This document shows positions 52,808 to 62,219 of a DNA stretch of 64,000 nucleotides, piece after piece. Origin of the DNA: Phycisphaerae bacterium. Its GTDB lineage: Bacteria; Planctomycetota; Phycisphaerae; UBA1845; Fen-1342. The stretch covers positions 84,667-148,666 of the forward strand of contig CAXXWX010000005.1 of NCBI GenBank assembly GCA_963675745.2. Reading direction: 5' to 3'. The notes beneath the pieces are model-generated. The model worked only from the letters and a program-made list of their open reading frames with translations, made no database searches and was not told where the DNA came from. The position numbers and the translations under genes are program-made. The first letter of the stretch is position 1, and each line of letters opens with the position of its first letter.

Positions 52808-53742
52808 GTGTCTGCCTGGTAACCGGCGGCGCCGGCTTCATCGGCGGCCATATGACCCGTCGCCTGCTGGATATGGGTCGCAAGGTGCGCGTGCTCGACG
52901 ATCTCAGCACAGGACACCGCGCCAATCTGGCCGATGTCGAGTCCGACCTCGAGTTCATCGAGGGCGACATACGCGACATCCCGACTGTTGAGCGGGCCAT
53001 GCGCGATGTCGAGGTCGTGTTCCACTTCGCCGCCCGGGCCAGCGTCCCGCGCAGCGTCGAACAGCCCCGTGACGCGCATGACATCAATGTCACCGGCACG
53101 TTCAACCTGCTGCTGGCCGCGCGCGACGTCGGTGCGCGCCGGTTCATCAACTCCGCCAGCAGCAGCGCCTATGGCGACACGCCGACGTTGCCCAAGATCG
53201 AGACGATGGTACCCCAGCCACTGAGCCCCTACGCCGCCAGCAAGCTCGCCGCCGAGGCCTATTGCCGCAGCTTCTGCCAGGTCTACGACTTGGAGACGGT
53301 GTCACTACGCTACTTCAACGTCTTTGGCCCGCGCCAGGACCCGAACAGCCAATACGCCGCGGTGCTGCCGGCCTTTGTCAGCCGCATGCTCCGTGGGCAG
53401 AAACCGATCGTCTTCGGCGACGGTGAGCACTCCCGCGACTTCTGCTACGTTGAGAATGTTGTGAACGCCAATGTTCTCGGCATGCAGGCCGATGAATTGC
53501 ACGGCGAGGTGGTGAACATCGCCTGCGGGGAGCGCACCACGTTGAACGAGATGATTGCGCAGATCAACGCCGCCCTCGGGACGCAAATCGAGGCCGAGTA
53601 TCAGGCCCCGCGCGTCGGCGACGTGAAACACTCGCTGGCGTCCGTGGAGGCGGCCAAAAACGTGCTTGGCTACGAGCCCAAGATCATGTTCGCCGATGGC
53701 CTGCCACTCGCGATCGAGTATTACAAGTCGTTGGCGCAATAG
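52804..53742 (+). CDS. NAD-dependent nucleotide-sugar epimerase (extended SDR)
   Basis: GGAGFIG, YAASK, LRYFNVFGPRQDP, RDFCYV. Confidence 0.92.
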   Translation: MSVCLVTGGAGFIGGHMTRRLLDMGRKVRVLDDLSTGHRANLADVESDLEFIEGDIRDIPTVERAMRDVEVVFHFAARASVPRSVEQPRDAHDINVTGTFNLLLAARDVGARRFINSASSSAYGDTPTLPKIETMVPQPLSPYAASKLAAEAYCRSFCQVYDLETVSLRYFNVFGPRQDPNSQYAAVLPAFVSRMLRGQKPIVFGDGEHSRDFCYVENVVNANVLGMQADELHGEVVNIACGERTTLNEMIAQINAALGTQIEAEYQAPRVGDVKHSLASVEAAKNVLGYEPKIMFADGLPLAIEYYKSLAQ

Positions 53743-54039
53743 CACAAATGCCGACAATCGGTGCGGCGTATCGGCTTCGGGCCCATCGCCGGTTAACGCG
53801 CGCACACAGCAGCCTCTGTAACGGCCAGATTGACCTTGCGCCCCAACGCGGCTACCGTAATGGCCTAGCTCGGGCGAGTTTGAACTGACAGCGAACAACA
53901 ATAAGATCATGAACCGGGTCGCACGCGCATTGGCTGACATTGGCGGGTGGCACGGTACGCAGACCGGGGAACGGCCCACGGCGCGCGGGTGGATAATCAC
54001 CATTAACCCAATCGAGTGAATCTCACGGAGGTCTCAACC

Positions 54040-54855
54040 ATGAATCGAATCACTGTCGCGACGTTCTTGCTCATCGGAGCGTTTCTAGTCACCGTCGGCT
54101 CGGGGCCGCAGATGCCCGCCGCCCTCGCCGCGTTTACGCAGGCGTCGGGCGCCACAGGTCAGCCGATTATCGAGATCAGCAAAACCTGCCCGTCTCTCCG
54201 CTACCTCGGCCGCACCGCCACTTTCGAGATCAACGTGGCCAACCGCGGCGACGGCCCGGCCAATAACGTCACCGTGACCGACGTCATCACCGGCGGCATC
54301 GAATTCCGCAGCGCCGACAACAACGGCACCCGCCAGGGAAACAACATCGTCTGGCACCTCGGAACCATGGATGCCGGCGAAACACGCACCCTCAAGGCCG
54401 ATTTCCTCTGCAACAAGATCGGCACAATCCGCAACTCCGCCAGTGTGACATACTGTGCCGAGCTGCGCGACGAGTGCGAACTGGTCGTCAAGGGCATCCC
54501 GGCCATCCTGCTGGAGTGCATCGACGATCCCGATCCGATCGAGGTGAACGGTAACGTTACCTACCTGATCTCCGTGACCAACCAGGGCTCCGCGGTCGGC
54601 ACCAACATCGTGATCAAGTGCAAGCTCCCCGCCGAGCAGGATCACGTTTCATCGACCGGCCCGACCAACGCCACCGCCGCCGGCAAGACTATCACGTTCG
54701 CGCCGCTGGCTTCGCTCGCGCCCAAGGCCAAGGTCGTCTACAAGGTGAATGTCAAGGGTGTCGGTGTGGGTGACGTGCGCTTCGGCGTGGAGATGACGTC
54801 GGATCAACTTACGTCGCCGGTGACCGAGACCGAGAGCACGCACATTTACGAGTAA
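54040..54855 (+). CDS. Secreted DUF11 protein resembling the C-terminal part of chlamydial OmcB
   Basis: RBS GGAGG, signal peptide, NVTVTD...VWHLGTMDAGE; ECIDDPDPIEVNGNVTYLISVTNQGSA, ETESTHIY. Confidence 0.8.
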   Translation: MNRITVATFLLIGAFLVTVGSGPQMPAALAAFTQASGATGQPIIEISKTCPSLRYLGRTATFEINVANRGDGPANNVTVTDVITGGIEFRSADNNGTRQGNNIVWHLGTMDAGETRTLKADFLCNKIGTIRNSASVTYCAELRDECELVVKGIPAILLECIDDPDPIEVNGNVTYLISVTNQGSAVGTNIVIKCKLPAEQDHVSSTGPTNATAAGKTITFAPLASLAPKAKVVYKVNVKGVGVGDVRFGVEMTSDQLTSPVTETESTHIYE

Positions 54856-54877
54856 GCTTCTCCCCGACCCGGCCCGC

Positions 54878-55014
54878 CGTGCCACCGCCCTTGAGCGGTG
54901 CTGTTTCTGTGCGAACACGACAGCCCACAGAGCGGTGGCACGCGGCCGGTTGACGGGTCTTCACTTGAAACCACGCTGAGTCGACTCCTGCGGACGCCGT
55001 AGCGCGGCGTCCGC
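54878..55014. repeat. Intergenic palindromes (REP-like or terminator)
   Basis: CGTGCCACCGC/GCGGTGGCACG (54878-88/54932-42) and a 10-bp stem GCGGACGCCG/CGGCGTCCGC (54990-55014). Confidence 0.55.
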
Positions 55015-55078
55015 GTGCTGCGGTTTTCTGGCGGATAGGCACTGCAACGCCGCAACACCGCAGGACGAGGTGGCCACA

Positions 55079-55633
55079 ATGACCGAACGCCAATCCGGAT
55101 TCCCGCCTCATTACAGCACCACGGTCCGCGTCTTGCTGCGCTATGCCCTGATCATGCTCATGGTCGGACTGCTCAGCGGTGTGGCTTATCGCGAGTCGGC
55201 CAAGAAGCTACCCCTGACACCGGCCCCCGATGGACCACAATTCTGGGATGGCGCCCTGCATCTGGCACTGGTCCACGGCCACCTGATCCTCATCGGCGTT
55301 CTGCTGCCGGTCGCGCTGGCCGGAATGCTGCACCTGGCCAGAGCACACGGCGGACGCGAACTCGGCCCGCGCTCGCTCGCCTGGGTGGTGTACCTGTACC
55401 TGCCGTGCGCCACAGTGACCGGCCTGCTGATGCTGTACAAAGGCTATCACGTGCTGCTCGCGGCGCGCCACGGCGAAGCCGATCTGGCCCGCATCGACGA
55501 GACTTTCTTCGCCGGCAATACCGCCCTGCGCTACGCGATCTACGGACTGAGCCACACCGGCATGGCGGTGGGCCTCGGCATCTTCGCCTGGTGTCTATGG
55601 CGAAGCCTCGGCACAAGAAGGGCCACGGCCTGA
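55079..55633 (+). CDS. DUF2871-like four-TM membrane protein
   Basis: SGVAYRE, LALVHGH, GLSHTG motifs. Confidence 0.7.
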   Translation: MTERQSGFPPHYSTTVRVLLRYALIMLMVGLLSGVAYRESAKKLPLTPAPDGPQFWDGALHLALVHGHLILIGVLLPVALAGMLHLARAHGGRELGPRSLAWVVYLYLPCATVTGLLMLYKGYHVLLAARHGEADLARIDETFFAGNTALRYAIYGLSHTGMAVGLGIFAWCLWRSLGTRRATA

Positions 55634-55651
55634 CGCTCGCAATCCGCCGGC

Positions 55652-55802
55652 CGCTGGTGCGAGACTCGCTGTCGCTGGTGCGAAACGAACGCTGGTGCGA
55701 GATTCCTATCTCGCACCCACCCCCGCAGGATTCCTATCCTGCACCCTCAACCCGCGGGAACGGATTCCCGCAAAAAGACGTGCGAGAGAGGATTCTCGCA
55801 CG
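55652..55802. repeat. Nested hairpin/direct-repeat element
   Basis: CGCTGGTGCGA x3 (55652, 55673, 55690) followed by four hairpins; hairpins 3-4 are near reverse complements of 2-1. Confidence 0.75.
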
Positions 55803-55850
55803 AGCGTCTACGCCGATCCACTGCGGCGTTCGCATGTCGCGTCGGTTAGC

Positions 55851-55879
55851 TTGACAGTTCGTCCCACCGCCCCGAGAAT
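55851..55879 (+). promoter_or_regulatory. Candidate sigma70 promoter for tsaC-rpiB
   Basis: TTGACA-17 nt-GAGAAT. Confidence 0.5.
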
Positions 55880-55902
55880 ACGCCCTTTGTAACGGGTGTA
55901 CG

Positions 55903-57042
55903 ATGCCGACACGACTCATAAGTTCATCACAATCAGACACTTACAGTGCATCCATCGCCGAGGCTGCGGCCGCGCTGCGTGATGGCGCGCTGGTGATCTT
56001 CCCGACAGAGACCGTCTACGGGATCGCGGCCAATGCCGCCGTCGATGCCAGCCTGGAGCGCCTGCGCGACGCCAAGGGACGCGCGGATGACCAGCCCTTC
56101 ACAATCCACCTCGGCGACCGCCGCGACGCACGGCGGTTTGTACCGGCCCCATCGCCGTTAATGCGCCGGCTGGCGCGGCAGGCGTGGCCCGGTCCGCTGA
56201 CGATTGTCTGCGAGGTCGACGACCCCTCGCGGGCCGAGATCGCCGCCGATTTGCCCGCCGCAAGGGTCGACGACATCTACCGTGACGGCATGGTCGGCCT
56301 GCGCTGTCCCGATCATGAAGCCGCCAGACAGCTTCTGACGCGGGCCGGCGCCCCGATCGTGGCCAGCAGCGCGAATCGTGCCGGCCAGCCGCCGCCCCTC
56401 GACGTCGTCTCGGCCATGCACGCATTGCCCGACATCGCCGAGTTCGCGATCGACGGCGGGCCAACGCAATGTGCCGGTGCCTCGACGATAGTTGAGGTAC
56501 GCGGCAACGATTGGCGGATTTTGCGGCCGGGCGTGCTCGAAGAGCGTACGCTGGAGCGCCTGGCGCGCAGCGAGGTGCTGTTCGTTTGCACCGGAAATTC
56601 CTGCCGTTCACCGCTCGCCGAGTACCTGTTCCGCCACAAACTGGCACAGCGATTGGGTCTGTCCGTCGCGGAGGCCGCGCAGGCAGGGTACACTGTGGCG
56701 TCGGCGGGTACGTTTGCCGCGACCGGCGGAGCGGCGTCCGAAGGGACGCTGGCTGAGCTGGCCAAACGCGGCATCGATGCGCGCGGCCATGCCTCGCGCC
56801 CGCTGACACCGGAACTCGTGCAACATGCACAGCGGATTTTTGCAATGACGGCTGATCACCTGGGTGGCGTATTGGAGATTGCACCGGGTGCCGACAGCCG
56901 CGTGATGCTGCTGGATCAGGATGGTCCGGTGGCCGACCCGATCGGCGGCGGCCCGGCGGCGTACAGCCAATGCGCAAGCCAGATCGAGCGTGCCGTGGAG
57001 CGGCGCCTGGAGGAGTTTCTGCATGAAGATCGCGATTGGTAG
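55903..57042 (+). CDS. tsaC: Threonylcarbamoyl-AMP synthase (Sua5/TsaC) fused to low-molecular-weight phosphatase
   Basis: FPTETVYG, KGR, WPGPLT, GLRCP, SSAN; then VCTGNSCRS and DPIGG. Confidence 0.9.
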   Translation: MPTRLISSSQSDTYSASIAEAAAALRDGALVIFPTETVYGIAANAAVDASLERLRDAKGRADDQPFTIHLGDRRDARRFVPAPSPLMRRLARQAWPGPLTIVCEVDDPSRAEIAADLPAARVDDIYRDGMVGLRCPDHEAARQLLTRAGAPIVASSANRAGQPPPLDVVSAMHALPDIAEFAIDGGPTQCAGASTIVEVRGNDWRILRPGVLEERTLERLARSEVLFVCTGNSCRSPLAEYLFRHKLAQRLGLSVAEAAQAGYTVASAGTFAATGGAASEGTLAELAKRGIDARGHASRPLTPELVQHAQRIFAMTADHLGGVLEIAPGADSRVMLLDQDGPVADPIGGGPAAYSQCASQIERAVERRLEEFLHEDRDW

Positions 57043-57511
57043 CGACCACCGCGGGTATGAGGCCAAAGAACGCGTCAAGGCCCTGCTCGAATCAATCGGC
57101 GCAGAGGTTCTCGATTGCGGCACCGACTCGCGCAAGGCCTGCGACTACACCGACGCCGGCTTCGCCGTTGCATGCGCTGTCGCCAATGGCACGGTCGAGC
57201 GCGGCGTGCTTTTCTGCGGCAGCGGCATCGGCATGTCAATCACCGCCAACAAGGTCCACGGAATCCGCGCCGCTTTGTGCCACGATGAGCTGACCGCACA
57301 AATGTCTCGGCGTCACAATGACGCCAACGTCCTCTGCCTCCCCGCCGACCTGGTCGGTGACGCCCTCATCAGGAACGTGGTGCAGCTCTGGCTGGAAACG
57401 GAGTTTGAGGGCGGCCGTCATGCCCGTCGCGTGCAGAAGATCACCGACTTTGAGCTGAATGGCGAAAAGTCGCAGGTGCCCGCGGCCGATTGCCCACCCG
57501 CCGGCGAGTGA
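57023..57511 (+). CDS. rpiB: Ribose-5-phosphate isomerase B
   Basis: GSDHRG, CGSGIG, ANKVHGIRAA, RRHNDANVL, FEGGRHARR. Confidence 0.96.
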   Translation: MKIAIGSDHRGYEAKERVKALLESIGAEVLDCGTDSRKACDYTDAGFAVACAVANGTVERGVLFCGSGIGMSITANKVHGIRAALCHDELTAQMSRRHNDANVLCLPADLVGDALIRNVVQLWLETEFEGGRHARRVQKITDFELNGEKSQVPAADCPPAGE

Positions 57512-57551
57512 TGTGCGCGTAAACCAGCGCACGGCCCCTTGCGGAGTGCCG

Positions 57552-58013
57552 TCAATCTGCCGCCCGGTGATGCGATGCGCCGAAGTCAGCGTCTATCCGG
57601 CGACGCCCCGCGAACCCGGCGCTATCCTCGTGCCAGAATGACACTTCGGGTTCGTCCGGTTGCCAGCACAGGCACACGCGCCGACCGTCATGCATCGCGG
57701 GGAAGTCGATCAACCCCTTGCCCCAGTCTTTCAGCTCGCAACCCACTTCCGCGATTTCGTCGTTCAGCGCCGCAAGAGTGCGCACAACACTGTCCATTTC
57801 GTCGCGCAGTTCCGCGATGCGACCGTCGGGCAGCGCCGCGGCCCGGCGATGATCATACTCGGCCTGTAACTCCTCGAGTTGCGCATAGCGCGACACAACG
57901 TCTAGCACAATCCGCCGCACATAAACCAACGCTTTGTTCGCCGATTCAACCGTGAACAGCCGCGTGGTCTTGGCGGCTCGCCGATACTCGGTTTTGACCT
58001 CTTCGAGACTCAT
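57552..58013 (-). CDS. DUF2203 family protein
   Basis: FTVESAN, ELKDWGKGLIDFP, LCWQPDE, FWHEDSAGFAGRR. Confidence 0.85.
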   Translation of the reverse strand: MSLEEVKTEYRRAAKTTRLFTVESANKALVYVRRIVLDVVSRYAQLEELQAEYDHRRAAALPDGRIAELRDEMDSVVRTLAALNDEIAEVGCELKDWGKGLIDFPAMHDGRRVCLCWQPDEPEVSFWHEDSAGFAGRRRIDADFGASHHRAAD

Positions 58014-58250
58014 GCATCCATCACTCAGCAAGTGCACGTGCCTGGCGGCGGGCCGGGGTGCAATCCCCGAATCACGCTCCCGAGCACAAACGTATCGAGA
58101 TTGTAGTGGCGAATCACCGGAGAGCAGGATGAGTATCAGCGCGACCCCAAGGCGGTCGCATTCTCGAGTTTGCGGCGATGTGAGGTCGTAGCGTCGGCTA
58201 CCGAGATGGTCGCTGACGCTCGCGGCTCTGCCTTGCCGCCGCCGCCGCGT

Positions 58251-58901
58251 CTACCCGGCCAGAAACATGACCAGACTCGCAACCAGGTTTAGACAGGGGC
58301 AAACCACCAGAATTCCCCCCACAACCACACTCATGACCCCCCGCCAGTTCCGCGCGATCCGCAGGCTGACAATCGACAGGGCCACCGCTACCACCGCGAA
58401 GAAACCTGATCCGAGCAACGCCGCCGGCAGCCAGGGATAGGCCTGTAGCACCTGAATCCCGATCTGCTCGGACTGCTTCATCATGTCATCGAACGAGGTG
58501 GCAGTCGTCCCGCCGATCGGCGCCCGGCTGAAAACCGCGACTATGTACGTGATCCAGAACACACCCGCCAGGACAGCGGCCAGGATCGCGCTGATCAAAG
58601 CATAATTACCCCAAGAGATCGCGCTCGCGCGGCGCGCTAGCGCGTCGGGATCTGATAGTGGCGTGTAGTCCGTCGGATACGGCGGCGCGCTGGTTTGCAG
58701 GGTCGGCCCGGCGCCATCGGCGGGGGTGCCTGGCAAGGGGGCCACCGGACGCGCATCCGCCGAGCCGCGCGCGTCAAGCGCTGACTCCTTCGGCACTCTC
58801 ACAACCACACGGCAGTATGGGCAAGTTGCCGTCTTGTCAGCAAACTCGTCGTCAACTTCAATCGGGCTCGTGCAATTCGGGCATGTAAACTGAATCGCCA
58901 T
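58251..58901 (-). CDS. Zinc-ribbon membrane protein
   Basis: CPNC...CPYC, Pro-rich linker, three TMs. Confidence 0.8.
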   Translation of the reverse strand: MAIQFTCPNCTSPIEVDDEFADKTATCPYCRVVVRVPKESALDARGSADARPVAPLPGTPADGAGPTLQTSAPPYPTDYTPLSDPDALARRASAISWGNYALISAILAAVLAGVFWITYIVAVFSRAPIGGTTATSFDDMMKQSEQIGIQVLQAYPWLPAALLGSGFFAVVAVALSIVSLRIARNWRGVMSVVVGGILVVCPCLNLVASLVMFLAG

Positions 58902-58999
58902 GCGGCACTTCCAATTGCGCTAACCAACGTCGTCCTTGCCAGCCGCGCGAGATTACCACGAAACCCCCGCCAATGGTAGCGCCCAACAGTCACCGCATC

Positions 59000-59043
59000 G
59001 CCCCACTGCCTCGTTGCCCAGTTGCCTGGTTGCCTTGTTGCCT
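59000..59043. repeat. Degenerate octamer tandem repeat (GCCTNGTT)
   Basis: GCCCCACT GCCTCGTT GCCCAGTT GCCTGGTT GCCTTGTT GCCT. Confidence 0.75.
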
Positions 59044-59130
59044 CTCTCCTGTCCCGTTGCCTCCCCCTCTGCCGCATCATACGATGCGCCTCCAGTCCGC
59101 CCCGAACCACCGAACGCGGAGAGTCTGCAA

Positions 59131-60855
59131 ATGACCGACGACGACGACGGGCGTTTTCGCTATCCAATCTGGACGCGCGGCGATCTTGACGGCTTCTTCG
59201 GCCTGATGGTCGATAACCTGGTGCAGGTGCTAATGATCAGCGCGATGTGTACGACCATCGCCGGACTACCCGTCGAGATGGTCTACCAGCGCATCATGCC
59301 GGGCGTGGCCATCAGCCTGGTTGTCGGCAACCTGTTCTACGGGCTTCAGGCTCACTACGTTGCCCGACGCCACCGCAACCGGCAGTGCACCGCCCTGCCG
59401 TACGGGATCAACACGCCCTCCGTTGTCGCATTTGTGATCTTCGTCATGGGGCCGGTGTATCACGAGGCTGTCGCCAATGGCACGGCGGCCGAGAGCGCGG
59501 CGCGCCTGGCGTGGTTGGCGGGCGTTGCCGCCTGTCTGGTCAGCGGCCTGGTCGAGTTTTTCGGCGCATTTGTGGCCGAGCGACTGCGCCGGGTAACGCC
59601 GCGTGCGGCTTTGCTCGGCGTGTTGGCCGCGATCGGGATCACGTTCATCGCGTCGGACTTCGCGTTTCAGATTTACACGAAGCCCATGGTCGGGCTGCTG
59701 CCCATGGGGATTCTGCTGCTGGCCTATTTCGCGCGACATCGGTTCCCGCTGCGGATTCCCGGCGGGTTCATCGCCGTTCTGCTCGGCTCACTGATTGCTT
59801 GGGGGATGACGGCCGGCGATGTGCGATCTTTCGGCGGGACAACCAGCCTGGCGTGGGGCAACGTCACAGCCGCGCTGGGCAACGTGGGGTGGATCACGCC
59901 CAGGTTCTGGGGCGCCGAGATCGTCGAGCTCTTTACCAGCACCGACCTCGCGCTGCGTTTCCTGGCCGTTTCGATCCCCATGGGCTTGATGAATCTGTTG
60001 GGTTCGTTGCAAAACATCGAGTCCGCCGAAGCTGGCGGAGATCGATTCGCAACCGCCCCTTCGCTCGCCGTCAATGGCATCGGATCAATCATGGCGGGCC
60101 TGTTTGGCTCTTGCTTCCCCACAACAATCTACATCGGGCACCCGGGCTGGAAAGCGTTGGGCGCCCGCTCGGGTTACTCGATTCTCAACGGGCTGTTCTT
60201 CGCGGCCTGCTTTCTCTTCGGGCTCGGCCCGTTGCTCGAGGCCATCGTCCCAATAGAGGCCGGTGCCGCGCTGGTGATGTATATCGGTATCATCATCACG
60301 GCCCAGGCCTTCCAGGCCTCGCCGCGCGAACACGCACCGGCGGTCGCGATTGCCCTGTTCCCCGCGCTGGCAGCGCTTTTGATCGTGACGCTCAGTGCTT
60401 TTCTACGCGATGCGGGCGCCGTACAAACCTTCGCCGATCTGGTGAAGTCACCGACGCCAGGCACATTGACACTCGGCGGAATGCTGACGCTGACAGGGGC
60501 CAATTCATCCTGGATTGTCGGCACACTCATTATCGCCGCAATGGCCGCGGCGCTGATCGACCGCAAGTACGTTGCCGCGGCGGTATGGAGCGCGCTGGGG
60601 GCCGTGCTGACCGCGGTCGGGTTGCTGCACGCCTATCGGCTCGAGGGCAACCTGATACGCGAGTTGTTCATCTGGCAGGGCTGGACGCGCGCAACCGAGG
60701 TGGCCACAACCCAAGCGGCGGAGATCGCCGCAACAATGCCCGCCGCCGCCACGACCTACACCTACCGCGCATGGCCCATAGCGGTCAGCTACGCATTGAT
60801 TGCACTGGTATTCGTCGCGGCAGCCAGGTGGAGAAGTAAGAAGTCAGAAGTATGA
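59131..60855 (+). CDS. NCS2-like (xanthine/uracil/vitamin C family) permease
   Basis: GDLDGFFGL, TALPYGINTPS, LQNIESAEAGGD, PTTIYIGHPGWKALGAR; many TMs. Confidence 0.85.
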   Translation: MTDDDDGRFRYPIWTRGDLDGFFGLMVDNLVQVLMISAMCTTIAGLPVEMVYQRIMPGVAISLVVGNLFYGLQAHYVARRHRNRQCTALPYGINTPSVVAFVIFVMGPVYHEAVANGTAAESAARLAWLAGVAACLVSGLVEFFGAFVAERLRRVTPRAALLGVLAAIGITFIASDFAFQIYTKPMVGLLPMGILLLAYFARHRFPLRIPGGFIAVLLGSLIAWGMTAGDVRSFGGTTSLAWGNVTAALGNVGWITPRFWGAEIVELFTSTDLALRFLAVSIPMGLMNLLGSLQNIESAEAGGDRFATAPSLAVNGIGSIMAGLFGSCFPTTIYIGHPGWKALGARSGYSILNGLFFAACFLFGLGPLLEAIVPIEAGAALVMYIGIIITAQAFQASPREHAPAVAIALFPALAALLIVTLSAFLRDAGAVQTFADLVKSPTPGTLTLGGMLTLTGANSSWIVGTLIIAAMAAALIDRKYVAAAVWSALGAVLTAVGLLHAYRLEGNLIRELFIWQGWTRATEVATTQAAEIAATMPAAATTYTYRAWPIAVSYALIALVFVAAARWRSKKSEV

Positions 60856-60911
60856 AGTCAGAAACGCACCCACCGCGCGTTTCTGCATTCATCATTCTTC
60901 ATTCTGCATTC
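60833..60911. repeat. Inverted heptamer tandem-repeat element 1
   Basis: (GAAGTNN)x4 GAAACGC - loop - GCGTTTC (NNCATTC)x4. Confidence 0.85.
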
Positions 60912-62137
60912 TACTCATACCTTAGCGCCTCGACCGGGTCCTTGCGGCTGGCGCGATACGCCGGGTAGAAGCCGCTGACCACGCCCACCCCCGTGGCGGT
61001 GACGATGGCGACGATGACGATGAACGGCGTGATCTCGGTATAGAACATGCCCTTCAAAATGCGCGCGATCAGGTCGGCGATCATCCAGCCGAACAGCAAC
61101 CCGAAGATGCCGCCCAGCAGGCTGATGATCAGGGCTTCGGTGAGAAATTGGAGCATGATGTCCGAGCGGCGCGCCCCGACCGCCATGCGCACGCCGATTT
61201 CACGCGTCCGCTCAGTCACCGACACCAGCATGATGTTCATGATGCCAATTCCGCCCACTACCAGGCTGATGCCCGCGATACTGTAGAACACCACCCCGAA
61301 GATCAGCGTCGCCGAGTTGATCTGCGTCAGCGCTTCCTGCTGGTTGAAGATATTGAAGTCGTCCTCCTGGCCCACACGGATGTTGTGCTGGCGGCGGAGC
61401 TCGCTGGCGACGCGCTTCTGAAGGTCTTCCAGCTCAACACCGTCGGCCGCCATCACTGACAGCGTGTCCAGCCACTTCCGGTTGAAGAAGCGTTTCAACG
61501 CCGACTTGATCGGGATATACACCGCCTCGTCGGCATTCAGGAAACCGACATTGCCACGCTTCTCCATGACGCCGATGACGCGATAAGGCGTGTCGCGGAT
61601 GCGCACCGTCTGGCCGACGGGCGCCATGCCCCCGAAGAGCTTGTCGGCGACTTTCGAGCCCAGCGTCACGACACGCACCATCGGGTCCGCCGATTCTGCC
61701 TTGTTGATCACGCGGCCGACTTCGGCTTTGTAGTCGTGGATCTCGAAGTAGCTGTCCGAAGTGGCGATCACCGTGTAGTTCGACGATTTGTCAAAGCTCT
61801 TGATGCTGGCGGCTCCGGTCGCCATCGGCGCGATGGCCGCGATGTCGTTGCCGTAGGCCTTCATCAGCGCGGTGCCGTCTTCTGGAACCAGCGTCTGCGC
61901 ACGGCCGACCACGCGCCCCGATACCTGCGCATTGGCCGGTATGACATACAGCAGGTTGTAGCCCAGCGAGCGGAAGTTCCGCAGGATCCGATTCGACGCG
62001 CCTTCGAGAATGGACATGCTTGCCACGACCGACGCCACCCCGATCAACACGCCGACTGTCGCCAGCAGTGAGCGCAGGAAGTGGCTGTCGAGACTGCGGA
62101 CGGCGGTGACAAAGAGTCGCAGATAGAACATAGGCAC
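60911..62137 (-). CDS. MacB/FtsX-family ABC permease
   Basis: LRSLLATVGVLIGVASV, VGGIGIMNIMLVSVTERTREIGVRMAVGA, PAYRASRKDPVEALRYE. Confidence 0.94.
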   Translation of the reverse strand: MPMFYLRLFVTAVRSLDSHFLRSLLATVGVLIGVASVVASMSILEGASNRILRNFRSLGYNLLYVIPANAQVSGRVVGRAQTLVPEDGTALMKAYGNDIAAIAPMATGAASIKSFDKSSNYTVIATSDSYFEIHDYKAEVGRVINKAESADPMVRVVTLGSKVADKLFGGMAPVGQTVRIRDTPYRVIGVMEKRGNVGFLNADEAVYIPIKSALKRFFNRKWLDTLSVMAADGVELEDLQKRVASELRRQHNIRVGQEDDFNIFNQQEALTQINSATLIFGVVFYSIAGISLVVGGIGIMNIMLVSVTERTREIGVRMAVGARRSDIMLQFLTEALIISLLGGIFGLLFGWMIADLIARILKGMFYTEITPFIVIVAIVTATGVGVVSGFYPAYRASRKDPVEALRYE

Positions 62138-62140
62138 TTG

Positions 62141-62219
62141 GAAGTCAGAAGTGGGAAGTACGAAGTCAGAAACGCACAGCCGGCGAGCTTCTGACTTCTT
62201 ATTTCTGACTTCTTACTTT
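62141..62219. repeat. Inverted heptamer tandem-repeat element 2
   Basis: (GAAGTNN)x4 GAAACGC - loop - CTTC TGACTTC TTATTTC TGACTTC TTACTTT. Confidence 0.85.
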
